In this document: positions 9,564 through 19,299 of the stretch, piece after piece
Layout: the number at the start of each line of letters is the position of its first letter
How positions within the stretch are numbered: position 1 is the stretch's first letter
NCBI GenBank assembly: GCA_963678065.2
Contig: CAXXVZ010000004.1
Coordinates: forward strand, 192,001 to 256,000
Source: Treponemataceae bacterium
GTDB lineage: Bacteria; Spirochaetota; Spirochaetia; Treponematales; Rectinemataceae
Reading direction: 5' to 3'
Length of the DNA stretch: 64,000 bases
Position numbers and translations under genes: made by a program
The notes under the pieces: generated by a model
Seen by the model: the letters and a program-made list of their open reading frames with translations, nothing else
Database searches by the model: none
Told to the model about the DNA's origin: nothing

Positions 9564-10745
9564 TCATTTTCCGTCAAAACGTGCGCACAGATCTCCTGAA
9601 ACGCTCGAGAGCGAGAGCGGAACCGAGCCGTCGCCGACAACGGCCTGCCGTGTCCTGAGCTGTTCCCCGTCGACCTCGATCCGGATTTCCCCGGAGACTG
9701 TCACCGCGCGGACTCTGGCGCCGATTTCTCTCCCCAGACGGCATTCGACATCGCCCGATATCGTATTGACCACCGCTCCTCCGAACAGTCGCTTCGCTTC
9801 TATTCCGATGTTTCCGGAAGTGCTCTCCACCCTGAGGGAACCTGCGCATTCCTTGATGCCGATATCTCCCGAGACTGTCGTCACCCTCGCGTCGGAAGCC
9901 TGGTTTTCAAGGGCGACATCGCCTGAGGTGGTGGTTATTTCGACCTTCCCGGCCAAATTCGCGACTTCCACATCGCCCGAAATAGTCTTTATTCCCGCAT
10001 CCGTGCAGTCCTGCACCTCGATATCCCCCGATTTCGTCGAACAGGAGAGGCTCGCATCCACTCCGTTCACCGAAATGTCGCCCGATGTGGACTGCAGGCG
10101 CAGGACTTCAATCTGTGCGGGAACGCGTACGAGAATCAGATCCAATCCCTGAAGCCGTTTCTTCTCTTCGAGCACCAGGGTCCTTCCCTCAAGCACTGCC
10201 GTAAAATGATCCGAGTCGACGAGACCTTCCGCCCCGACGCGGATTTCACTGACCGAAGACAGGACCTCGACATCGGCCGAGATAGCCCGAACGACGATCG
10301 AATCGGCTTCCCTCGCGGGTATTTCCTTAGAAAATGAATCTGGCCCCGAGCGGTCGCGATATTTTTCGCCGCGCATGCGCGATTCGAGAAAATCGCCGAG
10401 ATTGAAGGTAGTCCGGATACGGTATCGATGGTGGCGGTTCCCCTCGCAGCAGGGATCGGACCTGTCGCCCTCGCCCTCTTCTCCGGAAGCAGAGCCGGTG
10501 GAACCGGAGGCATCTGAACCGGCATTGCGCTTTTTTTCAATCGTCAAACCTTCGTCGAGAATCGCTTGCGCGACAAGGCCGGGCGAATCGAGGCGCAGGA
10601 TCGTCTCTTCTTCCGATTCCCCGGGATGGGCTGCTCTGAGATCGTCGATGTGACTGTCCAGCTCCTGCAGGATGTCTTCCCGTGTCGCCGAATCGAGCGC
10701 TTCCAGCTTGTATTTCAATAGTTTCAAGTATTCCTGCCGTGTCAT
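9564..10745 (-). CDS. HAAS/DUF1700 N-terminal domain plus DUF4097 (toast-rack) beta-repeat protein
   Basis: MTRQEYL..L...L......REDIL.E...HI; many (T/S)xSGD(I/V) repeats; ATGA overlap with padR. Confidence 0.8.
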   Translation of the reverse strand: MTRQEYLKLLKYKLEALDSATREDILQELDSHIDDLRAAHPGESEEETILRLDSPGLVAQAILDEGLTIEKKRNAGSDASGSTGSASGEEGEGDRSDPCCEGNRHHRYRIRTTFNLGDFLESRMRGEKYRDRSGPDSFSKEIPAREADSIVVRAISADVEVLSSVSEIRVGAEGLVDSDHFTAVLEGRTLVLEEKKRLQGLDLILVRVPAQIEVLRLQSTSGDISVNGVDASLSCSTKSGDIEVQDCTDAGIKTISGDVEVANLAGKVEITTTSGDVALENQASDARVTTVSGDIGIKECAGSLRVESTSGNIGIEAKRLFGGAVVNTISGDVECRLGREIGARVRAVTVSGEIRIEVDGEQLRTRQAVVGDGSVPLSLSSVSGDLCARFDGK

Positions 10746-11098
10746 GCTACCTCCCCTGCCTGTCCGATTTTTTCATAGGCCGCAGCATTTTTTCCGTACT
10801 CGGCGCGCATCGCGTCGAGCAGTTCCGTTCCCGCCCCTGTGAGTCGGTAGTATTTGCGCGGATGCCCTGTCTCGGGTGTTGTCCACTTCGCCTCGAGGGT
10901 CCTTTCGCGCGTCATCCGCATGAGGAGAGGGTAGAGTGTTCCCTCCGTGAGCTCTATGCCGACCCCGGAGAGTCTCGTCATGAGATCGAGACCGTATCCC
11001 TCGCCTCCTGCGTCAATCGACGAAAGAACGCAGAGTTCGAGGAAGCCCTTTCGCGACTGGGATCTCCATTTTTCGAACAGTTCTCTTGAATCTTCCAT
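10742..11098 (-). CDS. PadR family transcriptional regulator
   Basis: SQSRKGFLELCVL, YG, EGTLYPLL.R, PRKYYRLT; GGAGG before ATG 11098. Confidence 0.9.
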   Translation of the reverse strand: MEDSRELFEKWRSQSRKGFLELCVLSSIDAGGEGYGLDLMTRLSGVGIELTEGTLYPLLMRMTRERTLEAKWTTPETGHPRKYYRLTGAGTELLDAMRAEYGKNAAAYEKIGQAGEVA

Positions 11099-11108
11099 GA
11101 AGCCTCCT

Positions 11109-11396
11109 TCAGGCCGGATTGTCGTGCCCGGACAGGAGCCGGTACAGCTCGAAGGTCTCTCTGCGGGCCGTGAGGTCCGCAAAGCGCGAATCGCCGTAAA
11201 ATCCCGGCACGAAACGCTCAGGTGAGCCGCGCAATCTTTCGTCGATGCGGGGTGTATCCCGCGTGCAGGTCCGCGCGCCGGCCGGACCATGCGGGTCGGA
11301 AACCCGCACGCGCCGCGCATCCTTTCCGGCATGCGCGAGAGCCAGGAGGAGCCGGCGGATGCCCGACTCCCTGCCCGCGCTCAGTGTTGTGTCCAC
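11109..11396 (-). CDS. Small hypothetical protein (95 aa) upstream of padR
   Basis: GTG start preceded by AAAGGAGAG; stop 10 nt before the padR start; no family recognised. Confidence 0.45.
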   Translation of the reverse strand: MDTTLSAGRESGIRRLLLALAHAGKDARRVRVSDPHGPAGARTCTRDTPRIDERLRGSPERFVPGFYGDSRFADLTARRETFELYRLLSGHDNPA

Positions 11397-11415
11397 GATT
11401 CTCTCCTTTACGAAA

Positions 11416-11442
11416 TATATTGCATTACATAGTATATTGCAT
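11416..11442. promoter_or_regulatory. Candidate PadR operator
   Basis: TATATTGCAT direct repeat at 11416 and 11433 in an AT-rich island upstream of the padR unit. Confidence 0.45.
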
Positions 11443-11549
11443 GATTTAATATTTTTCAAGTTTTCGTCGCGGAATCGCTGTCTGAATCCCTCGGGATGGC
11501 CAGGGGCCGGCGAGTTGACCTGCGGCCCCTGCCGCCGCATATTCGTACC

Positions 11550-12320
11550 ATGTACGCTGACGCCCATCTCCACCTCGTCGACCTTGCCGGACGGGAACCT
11601 GGTTTTCCGGAAAAACTGTCGGGTTTGGGTTGGACGGCCTGCGCGGCCTGCCACGACGAGGCCGAATACGAAATCCAGAAAGGCCTTCTGCCGCGCCTTT
11701 CCCCGATCATCACGAGTTTCGGCATCCATCCTCAGTGGCCGGTCTGGAAAAACGCCGATCTCCTCGCACGCCTCGCGGCGACGAAAGAAATCCAGGCGGT
11801 CGGCGAAGCCGGATTCGATTTTTTCGGCGATAGGCCGGAAAGGGTCAGAAATCCCGAAAACGAGAGGATCCAGCGCGGCGTCTTCGAATTCCAACTGGAA
11901 CTCGCGGAACGACACGACCTTCCCATGGTCCTCCATTTCCGGAAATCGATGGACATGGTCTTCGCCTACGCGAAGCGGCTCGCGCGCCAGCGCTCGCTCA
12001 TCTTTCACTGTTTTTCCGGCAGCGCCGAAGATGCGCTCTCAATCCTCCGGCACGGCATCGACGCGTGGTTTTCGTTCGGGACTCCAGTGATCAAGGGCAA
12101 TAAACGGGCCGCACGCGCCTGCGCCCTCGTCCCCCCGGACAGACTCTTGTCCGAGACTGACGCGCCGTGGCAGGCTCCACGGGGCTTTGCATGGTGCGAC
12201 GCCCGGACCATCGTCGACGTTGTGGCGGCGATAGCCCGCATCCGCGGCATGGAGGAAGGCGGGCTCGCCGGGCTCGTCGCCCACAATTTCAGGAAAGCCT
12301 ACGGACTGGAAGGAGACTGA
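11550..12320 (+). CDS. tatD: TatD family metal-dependent nuclease/hydrolase
   Basis: DAHLH, GIHP, VGEAGFD, LH.R, FHCFSG, ETDAP. Confidence 0.88.
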   Translation: MYADAHLHLVDLAGREPGFPEKLSGLGWTACAACHDEAEYEIQKGLLPRLSPIITSFGIHPQWPVWKNADLLARLAATKEIQAVGEAGFDFFGDRPERVRNPENERIQRGVFEFQLELAERHDLPMVLHFRKSMDMVFAYAKRLARQRSLIFHCFSGSAEDALSILRHGIDAWFSFGTPVIKGNKRAARACALVPPDRLLSETDAPWQAPRGFAWCDARTIVDVVAAIARIRGMEEGGLAGLVAHNFRKAYGLEGD

Positions 12321-12326
12321 GCCAGG

Positions 12327-13055
12327 ATGAGTTTCGACGAGCGCACGAGGATACTTCTCGGCAATGAGGCTGCGGATCTGCTCGCGCGGTCATCGGTGGC
12401 TGTGTATGGCCTCGGAGGGGTAGGCGCCGCATGCGCCATGGATCTCGTCAGGTCGGGCATCGGCCGGATCGTCGCTTTCGACCTCGACAGTGTCAAGGAA
12501 TCGAACTTGAACCGACTGTACTTCGGCTACGCGCGGGACATCGGGAGGCCGAAGGCCGAAGTCTTCGCGGAATACGCGCGCGAAGTAAATCCCGATGTCG
12601 TCGTCGAATCGGAGCGCCGGTTTTTCTCGGGCGAGACGGCGCGCGACATCATCGCGCAGGGCTGTGCCGTCCACATCGACTGCGTCGACTCCCTGAATCC
12701 CAAGACCAACCTCATCGCCGCCCTCGCGTCGGAGGGAAAGACCTTCATCTCGAGCCTCGGGACGGCCGGCAGGCTCGATCCCGCCCGGCTGCGCATCGTC
12801 TCGATATGGGAAACCAACAACTGTCCGCTCGCTGCGGCAGTCCGCCATCGCCTCCGCAGAATGAAAGTCGACGCGGATTTTCCCGTGGTGTGGAGCGATG
12901 AGCCGGCGAGGCCGCCGGTACCGCCGCCTGAAGGTCACACGCAGGCCGCTCCGGGACGCATGAGGATGGTGCAGGGCTCCATGGCATTCGTACCCCAGGC
13001 CGCAGGCCACCTCATCGCGAGCTGGGCAGTCAGAGAAATTCTTGGGCTCGTCTGA
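12327..13055 (+). CDS. tcdA: tRNA threonylcarbamoyladenosine dehydratase (ThiF/E1-like)
   Basis: GLGGVG, D.D.V.ESNLNR, RLDP, CPLA..VR..LR, GSMAFVP. Confidence 0.85.
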   Translation: MSFDERTRILLGNEAADLLARSSVAVYGLGGVGAACAMDLVRSGIGRIVAFDLDSVKESNLNRLYFGYARDIGRPKAEVFAEYAREVNPDVVVESERRFFSGETARDIIAQGCAVHIDCVDSLNPKTNLIAALASEGKTFISSLGTAGRLDPARLRIVSIWETNNCPLAAAVRHRLRRMKVDADFPVVWSDEPARPPVPPPEGHTQAAPGRMRMVQGSMAFVPQAAGHLIASWAVREILGLV

Positions 13056-13058
13056 AGC

Positions 13059-14138
13059 TCAGACCGTCCCGAGGAGGCTCTGCACGCCCAGGCTGCAGAG
13101 GGCGACGGCCAGCCAGACAGCCAGACCCAGAAAAAGAGGCCTCGGGCCAGCCGCAACCAGTTTTCTGAAGTCGGTCTTGAGTCCGATGGCCGAGAGGGCG
13201 AGGACGATGAGAAATTTCCCCGCTTCCTTCAGGAAGGCCATCGCGGGGGTCGAAACGATCCCGCTCGTCCGCAAGGCCGCCATCGCGATAAAACCGAGGA
13301 CGAACCAGGGAAAAGTTTTTTTCCAGTCATAGCTCAGTCCTGCGCCGCTTCCCGGGCCTGCGCCGAGGCCCGCGGCTCTTTTCCTGCGCGCGGCGGCGAT
13401 GAAGGCGAAGGCGAGCGAAACGGGCAGTATCATGAGGGTTCTCGTCAGTTTGACGACGGTGGCGTAGTCGCCTGCCTCCGTCCCGAAGACGTAGCCCGCG
13501 GCGACGACCGAAGAAGTGTCGTTGATGGCCGTTCCGGCGAAGAGCCCGAAGCCCCGCTGGCTCAGGCCGAGCCAGCTGCCCAGGGGCGGAAAGAGGAAGA
13601 CCGCGACGACATTGAAGAGGAACACGACCGAGATCGCGTACGAGACATCCTTGTCCTCGGCGTCTATGCAGGGTGCGACGGCGGCGATGGCCGATCCGCC
13701 GCAGATCGCCGTCCCCGAGGCGATGAGACTGGTGAGTCCAAAACCCGTTCTGAGGATCGTGCCGAGGAAGAAAGCGACGAGGAAGGCGGCGACGAGGGTC
13801 GCGAGGATGACGGCGAGGGAGTCGGCGCCCGTATGGAACACCTGAGTGAGGCTCATGGATGAGCCCAAAAGGACGACGGCGCCCTTCAGGAGGGTTTTTG
13901 AGCTGTAATCGAGACCGGTGGTCGTCGATGCCGGCCTTCCGGCGACATTGTTGACGATGATGCCGAAGAGAATCCCGAAGACGGAGGCGCCCATGACGGG
14001 AAAAACCCTGCCGGCAAACCACGCAGCGAGGGCAACCGCGAGGGCGAGTCCGAGACCTGGAACTCTTTTTTTCCATACAGGGGAAAAGCGATCGAGGAAA
14101 GAGGCCCCGATGTGGCCGTCAGCGCCCGCCTCATGCAC
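13059..14138 (-). CDS. YeiH / putative sulfate exporter family membrane protein
   Basis: GTAICGGSAIAA, GTAINDTSSVVAAG, VKLTR, PWF motifs; start uncertain. Confidence 0.85.
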   Translation of the reverse strand: MHEAGADGHIGASFLDRFSPVWKKRVPGLGLALAVALAAWFAGRVFPVMGASVFGILFGIIVNNVAGRPASTTTGLDYSSKTLLKGAVVLLGSSMSLTQVFHTGADSLAVILATLVAAFLVAFFLGTILRTGFGLTSLIASGTAICGGSAIAAVAPCIDAEDKDVSYAISVVFLFNVVAVFLFPPLGSWLGLSQRGFGLFAGTAINDTSSVVAAGYVFGTEAGDYATVVKLTRTLMILPVSLAFAFIAAARRKRAAGLGAGPGSGAGLSYDWKKTFPWFVLGFIAMAALRTSGIVSTPAMAFLKEAGKFLIVLALSAIGLKTDFRKLVAAGPRPLFLGLAVWLAVALCSLGVQSLLGTV

Positions 14139-14481
14139 GCCGGTGTTCCGCGATGGCCGGGGAAAGATCGGAGGAATCGACGGGGCGCTGACGTTCGTTC
14201 GACATGGCCAGACATTTTTTCGGACAGGCGATGACGCAGGCCCCGCAGATCACGCAGGCCAGTCGGTCGATCCTCCAGCTGGATTCGGCGCGTTTCACGA
14301 CGATGGCAGCCGCCGGGCAGTGGCGCTGGCAGGCCCCGCAGAAGATGCAGTTCGGGAAGTCGATCTCTATCCGTCCCCGGGTCGCCGCGAAGGGCTTCCG
14401 GACCACGAAGGGATATCGCCGGGTCGCCGGTTTCGAAAGCAGGTTGCGAAGCGCGATGCGCGCCATGGGCATGAAACTCAC
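14131..14481 (-). CDS. echF: Ech hydrogenase 2x[4Fe-4S] subunit
   Basis: SKPATRRYP; CIFCGACQRHCP and CVICGACVIACP; GTG start after GAGGTG. Confidence 0.88.
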   Translation of the reverse strand: MSFMPMARIALRNLLSKPATRRYPFVVRKPFAATRGRIEIDFPNCIFCGACQRHCPAAAIVVKRAESSWRIDRLACVICGACVIACPKKCLAMSNERQRPVDSSDLSPAIAEHRRA

Positions 14482-14486
14482 TGCGT

Positions 14487-15587
14487 TCACCTCTCGGTGC
14501 ATGAAATGCAGGGATCGATTGTGAGGATTATAGTCCCCACGTCGGCGAGATCGGAGCCTTTCATGATTTCGACCATTGCCGGAATATTGGCGAAGGTCGG
14601 CGTCCGGGCGCGGAAACGTTCGAGATACTTCGTGCCGTTCGCGCGGACGAAATAGAGAACCTCGCCGCGGGGTTGTTCGAGCCGTATGAAAGCCTCGCCC
14701 GTCGGATTGCCTTTTACCGGAACGGAGACGGGACCTGATGGCATGGATGCGACGAGCCGCTCGAGGATGAGGAATGATTGGGCGATTTCCCGTATGCGCA
14801 CGAGGGCACGGGCCATGCAGTCTCCCGCCGTCTCGACGCAGGTCTCGAACTCGATCTCACCGTATGCCGCGTAGCCCCTGCGACGGAGGTCGAAATCCGT
14901 CCCGCTCGCGCGGAGCATCGGCCCCACGGCCCCGAGCATGTTGGCCTTTTCCCGGGAGAGCACTCCGACACCTTCGAGACGGTGTCGCACGGTGCTGTCG
15001 TTCACGAAAACCTCGGCCAGGCCGTTGACGGTATTCCGCGCCATCTTCAGCGCGGAAAGGCAGCGGGCGAGGGGCTCGTCGTCGGGATTGCGCCGGACGC
15101 CGCCGATGGCGCTGGAGCCAAAAATCACGCGGCCGCCAGCGGTCTCCTCGACTACGTCGAGGACGAGTTCGCGCGCCCGCCACGAGGCCATGAAGAGGTT
15201 CTCGAAGCCGAAAGCGTCAGCCGCGAGCCCGAGCCAGAGCAGATGGCTGTGGATGCGCGAAAGCTCGCACCAGAACGAGCGCAGCCATCTCGCCCGGTCG
15301 GGGACAGTGATGCCCATGATGGTTTCCACGGCTTCACAGTACCCCATGCCGTGCATGAAGCTGCAGATTCCGCAGATGCGCTCGGCCACGAACACGTAGT
15401 CCTGGTACTCGCGCTTCTCGACGAGGAGTTCGAGGCCGCGGTGGATGTAGCCTATCTGCGGAATGGCGTCCACGATTTTTTCATCCTGGAGGACGAGGTC
15501 GAAGTGGAGGGGTTCGGGAAGGACAGGGTGCTGGGGACCAAAGGGTATCAGGGTCGGTCCGCAGGACGAGGTGGCCGCGCCGCTCAT
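14487..15587 (-). CDS. echE: Ech [NiFe]-hydrogenase large subunit (group 4)
   Basis: PFGPQHP, RICGIC (L1), DPCISCTER C-terminus (L2, no cleavable extension). Confidence 0.93.
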   Translation of the reverse strand: MSGAATSSCGPTLIPFGPQHPVLPEPLHFDLVLQDEKIVDAIPQIGYIHRGLELLVEKREYQDYVFVAERICGICSFMHGMGYCEAVETIMGITVPDRARWLRSFWCELSRIHSHLLWLGLAADAFGFENLFMASWRARELVLDVVEETAGGRVIFGSSAIGGVRRNPDDEPLARCLSALKMARNTVNGLAEVFVNDSTVRHRLEGVGVLSREKANMLGAVGPMLRASGTDFDLRRRGYAAYGEIEFETCVETAGDCMARALVRIREIAQSFLILERLVASMPSGPVSVPVKGNPTGEAFIRLEQPRGEVLYFVRANGTKYLERFRARTPTFANIPAMVEIMKGSDLADVGTIILTIDPCISCTER

Positions 15588-16003
15588 GGCGTACCCTCCG
15601 CGATGCCCGTGATCCGGATTGGTCCGGGAGACTCCACGCAGGCGCCCGCCACGGAGACTTTCCGGAAGGGCCGGTCGCCGTCCACATCGAAGACCTTGCC
15701 TTCCCAATCAGGATCGATGCGCTCGATCCTGACTCCGAAAAGATCGCGTATCTCGTTCTCGTAAAAAAAGGCGGCCCGATAAAAAGGTGTGATGCTCGGA
15801 ACCGGGTCTTTCGCGTCGATGTCCAGCCTGAGCGTGTGCAGGGCGTAGCCTCCGCCGAAGGAGTAGTCGAGCTCATACCTGTCGCCCGAAGAAAGGGCGA
15901 GGATCTGGACGAGGCGCCAGTCATCCAGCCTGAGCGAATCGACGGCCGCGAGAAGGGTCTGAGGAGTCACCTCCTCGATATCCTGTATCTCCCTTTCGAT
16001 CAT
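15584..16003 (-). CDS. echD: Ech hydrogenase subunit D (NuoC-like)
   Basis: RLVQI, YSF, PSIT, YENEIRDLFG. Confidence 0.88.
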   Translation of the reverse strand: MIEREIQDIEEVTPQTLLAAVDSLRLDDWRLVQILALSSGDRYELDYSFGGGYALHTLRLDIDAKDPVPSITPFYRAAFFYENEIRDLFGVRIERIDPDWEGKVFDVDGDRPFRKVSVAGACVESPGPIRITGIAEGTP

Positions 16004-16446
16004 GCCGGAGCTCCTCTTTTGCCTTTCAGGGCCGCGCGGCGCTCGGCGAGTATGCCAGCCGCGCGCACGACTCCGTCGAGGATGGACTCAGGTTTTGCCG
16101 CGCAGCCCGCAACGTAGACATCCACGGGAATCGCGGTGGCGACGCCGCCGTGAATGTTGTAGCACTCGGCGAACACTCCGCCCGAATAAGCGCAAGCGCC
16201 GACGGCGACGACAACCCTCGGTTCGGGCATCTGCGCATAGATGTTCTTGACGACAGGCGCACAGAGGGCGTTGACACCGCCCGTCACTATGAAAATATCC
16301 GCCTGTTTGGGGTCCCCGGTCACGATGCATCCGAACCTTTCGGCATCGTACATCGGCGTGAGACAAGCCAGCACTTCGATATCGCAGCCGTTGCAGCTCG
16401 AACCGTCGTAATGGATGAGCCAGGGAGAGCGCTCGATGCCGCCCAC
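16000..16446 (-). CDS. echC: Ech hydrogenase small subunit
   Basis: SSCNGCDIE, GACA, VAGCAAKP. Confidence 0.9.
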   Translation of the reverse strand: MGGIERSPWLIHYDGSSCNGCDIEVLACLTPMYDAERFGCIVTGDPKQADIFIVTGGVNALCAPVVKNIYAQMPEPRVVVAVGACAYSGGVFAECYNIHGGVATAIPVDVYVAGCAAKPESILDGVVRAAGILAERRAALKGKRGAPA

Positions 16447-16447
16447 T

Positions 16448-17317
16448 TCAGTGCCCCCTCGTGATGAGATAGAACGGGATGAGATTGCCGGCGCCGACGA
16501 CCAGCGCGATGATCCAGGCCGTGGAAAGAGCGAGCTCCCACTTCACGCGGGCGGTCACGTTGTCGATCAGGATGATGAGAAAATAGGTGAAGACCACGCC
16601 AAGACAGCTGGCGAGCAGGCTCGAGCTGAAGAAAAGGAATACGAGGGCGTAGAGGTAGGAGGACTCATACCAGTGGGCGAGTTCGACGAGGCCGAGGGTC
16701 GGGCCGCCCATGTCCGCCGTGAGGCCCTTGACGAGTTCCTGGTGGGCGTGGTGGGAGGTGGAGAGGTCGAAGGGCGATTTGTGCAGCTTCATGACCAGGA
16801 TGACGATTATGCAGAGGTAGATGCCCGGCAGGTAGAGAATGACCGGCATGGGAGAGCGCATGATGTCGTAGAAGTTGAAGCCTTTCGTCACATCGTAGAG
16901 CCCGACGAGTACGAGGATGACCATGGGCTCGTAGGCCAGCATGAGGATGAGTTCGCGCTCGGCGCCGATGGTCCCGAAGGGCGAGCCGGTCGAGTACGCG
17001 GCCAGAATGAGAAAGATTCCCGAAAGGGTGAGAACGAAAATGATGAGCAGAATGTCGGAACCTTCGAAAAACAGGGCCCCGGTGACCACCGCAAAAATCA
17101 GATGACTCGCCACGAGCGGTATCTGCAGGCGGTTGACGGGCTGTATACGGCGGCTGAAGAGCTTGCGAAGATCGTAGAAGGGCTGCAGGATGGGCGGGCC
17201 TACTCTCCCCTGGAGACGCGCCGTGATTTTTCTGTCAAGGCCATCCAGAAGACCGCCCGCGAGCGGGCCCAGAATCACATAACCCAGGATTGCGAGGATG
17301 CGCGTTCCGGTATTCAT
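16448..17317 (-). CDS. echB: Ech hydrogenase membrane subunit B (NuoH-like)
   Basis: C-terminal part of ORF 16448..18466; DRKITARLQGRVGPPILQPFYD, KSPFDLSTSHHAHQELVKG. Confidence 0.92.
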   Translation of the reverse strand: MNTGTRILAILGYVILGPLAGGLLDGLDRKITARLQGRVGPPILQPFYDLRKLFSRRIQPVNRLQIPLVASHLIFAVVTGALFFEGSDILLIIFVLTLSGIFLILAAYSTGSPFGTIGAERELILMLAYEPMVILVLVGLYDVTKGFNFYDIMRSPMPVILYLPGIYLCIIVILVMKLHKSPFDLSTSHHAHQELVKGLTADMGGPTLGLVELAHWYESSYLYALVFLFFSSSLLASCLGVVFTYFLIILIDNVTARVKWELALSTAWIIALVVGAGNLIPFYLITRGH

Positions 17318-19239
17318 AGCAGGGCCGTTCCTATGAGGATGATGACGAAAAGGATTCCGGTTCCGGTTCCGAGTCCCATGATCCGTTTTTCCCCGAAGAA
17401 TTTTTCGAGATAGTATGATCTGATCTCGAGATTTTTCGTTGTGCCTTTCGATCCCTTGAACGAGAGATCTGCGCCCGCGGTCCGTCCCGACATGTATGCC
17501 GTGGACAGGACAGCCCGCCGCTTCGACGAAATGATGAGGAGGAGTCCGGGGACGACGACCGTCATCACTATCATGAGGACTGTGACGGCCGCGTTGTCCC
17601 GTTCGAGGCCGAAGGCGCGACCGTACGCGAAGAGAAGGTACGGCTCGACGACAGCCTTCGATATGAACGGAAAGGACACACAGGCCAGGATGGCGAGGAC
17701 GGCGAGGAAACCTCCGGTCAGGAGCTCTTCGACGGAGATTCTCAACTCGAGGAGCCCGCGTCGTGCGCCGGGATCGGGTATGCGGATCAGGATGCCAAGC
17801 CACTTGGTCCAGAAGAATACCGTCGCCGCGCTGCCATAGGCGAGTATGACGATCATGATCGGGCTCGCGACGGAGTTCATGGTTATGAACGCCTCCATCG
17901 CCGCCCACTTCGACACGAGCATACCGAAGGGCGCGATGAACATGGCCGAAATTCCGATCACCATCAGGAGGGTGACGCGCGGCATCGAGGTGACGAGGCC
18001 ACCCATGTCCTCGATGTCGAGACTGCCGCCGAGTCCGATGGATGCCGTGCCGACCGAAAGGAAGAGGAGGGACTTGGCGACGGCGTGGTAGAGTATGAGG
18101 AAGAAGGCGACCCAGACGAGCTGGTAGGTCCCGAAACCCACGCAGGCGACGATGAGTCCGAGGTTCGAGACTGTGGAAAACGCGAGTATGCGCTTGGCAT
18201 TGCGCTGGGATATGGCCGCGAAGGCTCCCGCGAGGAAGGTTACCGCGCCGATGAAGGCGACGGTGTAGCCCGTGATGCTCCCGGAAATGAGCGGGGCCAG
18301 CCGCAGAAGAAGATAGACGCCCGCCTTGACCATGGTGCTCGAATGAAGGAGGGCAGACACGGGGGTAGGGGCGACCATGGCTCCGAGAAGCCAGGGCGTG
18401 AAGGGCAGCTGGGCCGATTTCACGAGGCCGGCGAAGGCGAGAAGGGCGGCGGGCAGGACGAGCCACTGTGTCAGGGCTCCCCCCTTGAGGCTCATGGACG
18501 CGAGCCTGTCCAGCTCGACGGACCCGCTCCTTTGGGCAAGGACGACGATGGCGATCGCGAAGGCTATCCCCCCCGCGAGATTCATGTTCAGAGCGCGGAA
18601 GGCGCTCGCGTCGGCCTCGGCGTTCTTGCCGTAACCGATGAGGAAAAAAGAGCAGAGTGTGGTGATTTCCCAGAAAAACAGAAGGAGACGGAGATCGTTG
18701 GCGAGGACGAGACCGTACATCGCGCCGATGAAAAGAAAAACAATAAAGAAGAAAAATCGGCGGCGATCGGGCACGTCATGATGCTCTTCCTGATAGGTCT
18801 TCATGTAGCCAGCCGCATAAAGGAGGATGAGGCCGCCGACGATCCCCACGATGAGGATCATGAGAAGACTGATCTGGTCGCAGAGGAAGAGCGCGTAGGG
18901 CTTTATCCCGTCGAAGGCGCCTGCGCCGAAGACCGCGATTGTGCCCTGCGCGATCGCGAAGAGGAGGGTGAGACCCTTTCGCTTGCGCACCGCGATGACT
19001 GCGATCAGGGCGGCCATCCCAAGTTCGCCGGCCAGAAGGGCGTCGTCGAGCCAGAAGGGATCGGCCTGGAAAACGTTGGTAGTGGCCAGGTCGACGGAAA
19101 ACGCAAAGAGAAGAGCGAGCGCTCCCTGAAGCACTGTCGCGAGGAGGACGAAGGGCTTCCGTATCCTGAAATTGCGGAGAAGCAGTATCAGGAGGCCGCA
19201 CAGTGGCGGTATCGAGACAAGGGCAATGATTCGGTTCAT
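17314..19239 (-). CDS. echA: Ech hydrogenase antiporter-like subunit A (NuoL/MrpA-like)
   Basis: WEITTLCSF, KSAQLPF..WL.GAMVAPTPVSALLHSSTMVKAGVY. Confidence 0.92.
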   Translation of the reverse strand: MNRIIALVSIPPLCGLLILLLRNFRIRKPFVLLATVLQGALALLFAFSVDLATTNVFQADPFWLDDALLAGELGMAALIAVIAVRKRKGLTLLFAIAQGTIAVFGAGAFDGIKPYALFLCDQISLLMILIVGIVGGLILLYAAGYMKTYQEEHHDVPDRRRFFFFIVFLFIGAMYGLVLANDLRLLLFFWEITTLCSFFLIGYGKNAEADASAFRALNMNLAGGIAFAIAIVVLAQRSGSVELDRLASMSLKGGALTQWLVLPAALLAFAGLVKSAQLPFTPWLLGAMVAPTPVSALLHSSTMVKAGVYLLLRLAPLISGSITGYTVAFIGAVTFLAGAFAAISQRNAKRILAFSTVSNLGLIVACVGFGTYQLVWVAFFLILYHAVAKSLLFLSVGTASIGLGGSLDIEDMGGLVTSMPRVTLLMVIGISAMFIAPFGMLVSKWAAMEAFITMNSVASPIMIVILAYGSAATVFFWTKWLGILIRIPDPGARRGLLELRISVEELLTGGFLAVLAILACVSFPFISKAVVEPYLLFAYGRAFGLERDNAAVTVLMIVMTVVVPGLLLIISSKRRAVLSTAYMSGRTAGADLSFKGSKGTTKNLEIRSYYLEKFFGEKRIMGLGTGTGILFVIILIGTALL

Positions 19240-19299
19240 CCGTCTCCCCCCGCGCCATTGCTAAACCAAGACTGTCCTTTAGTCAATAGCCTTCATCTT

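Noticed and set aside
11550..13055. TatD + ThiF/E1 pair as an anti-phage system
   Set aside because: The ThiF protein has TcdA-type housekeeping motifs; no E2, JAB, cyclase, QueC or ATPase partner adjacent.
14131..19239. Complex I (nuo) or formate hydrogenlyase operon
   Set aside because: The large subunit retains both Ni-binding CxxC motifs and the six-gene order matches echABCDEF; no formate dehydrogenase.
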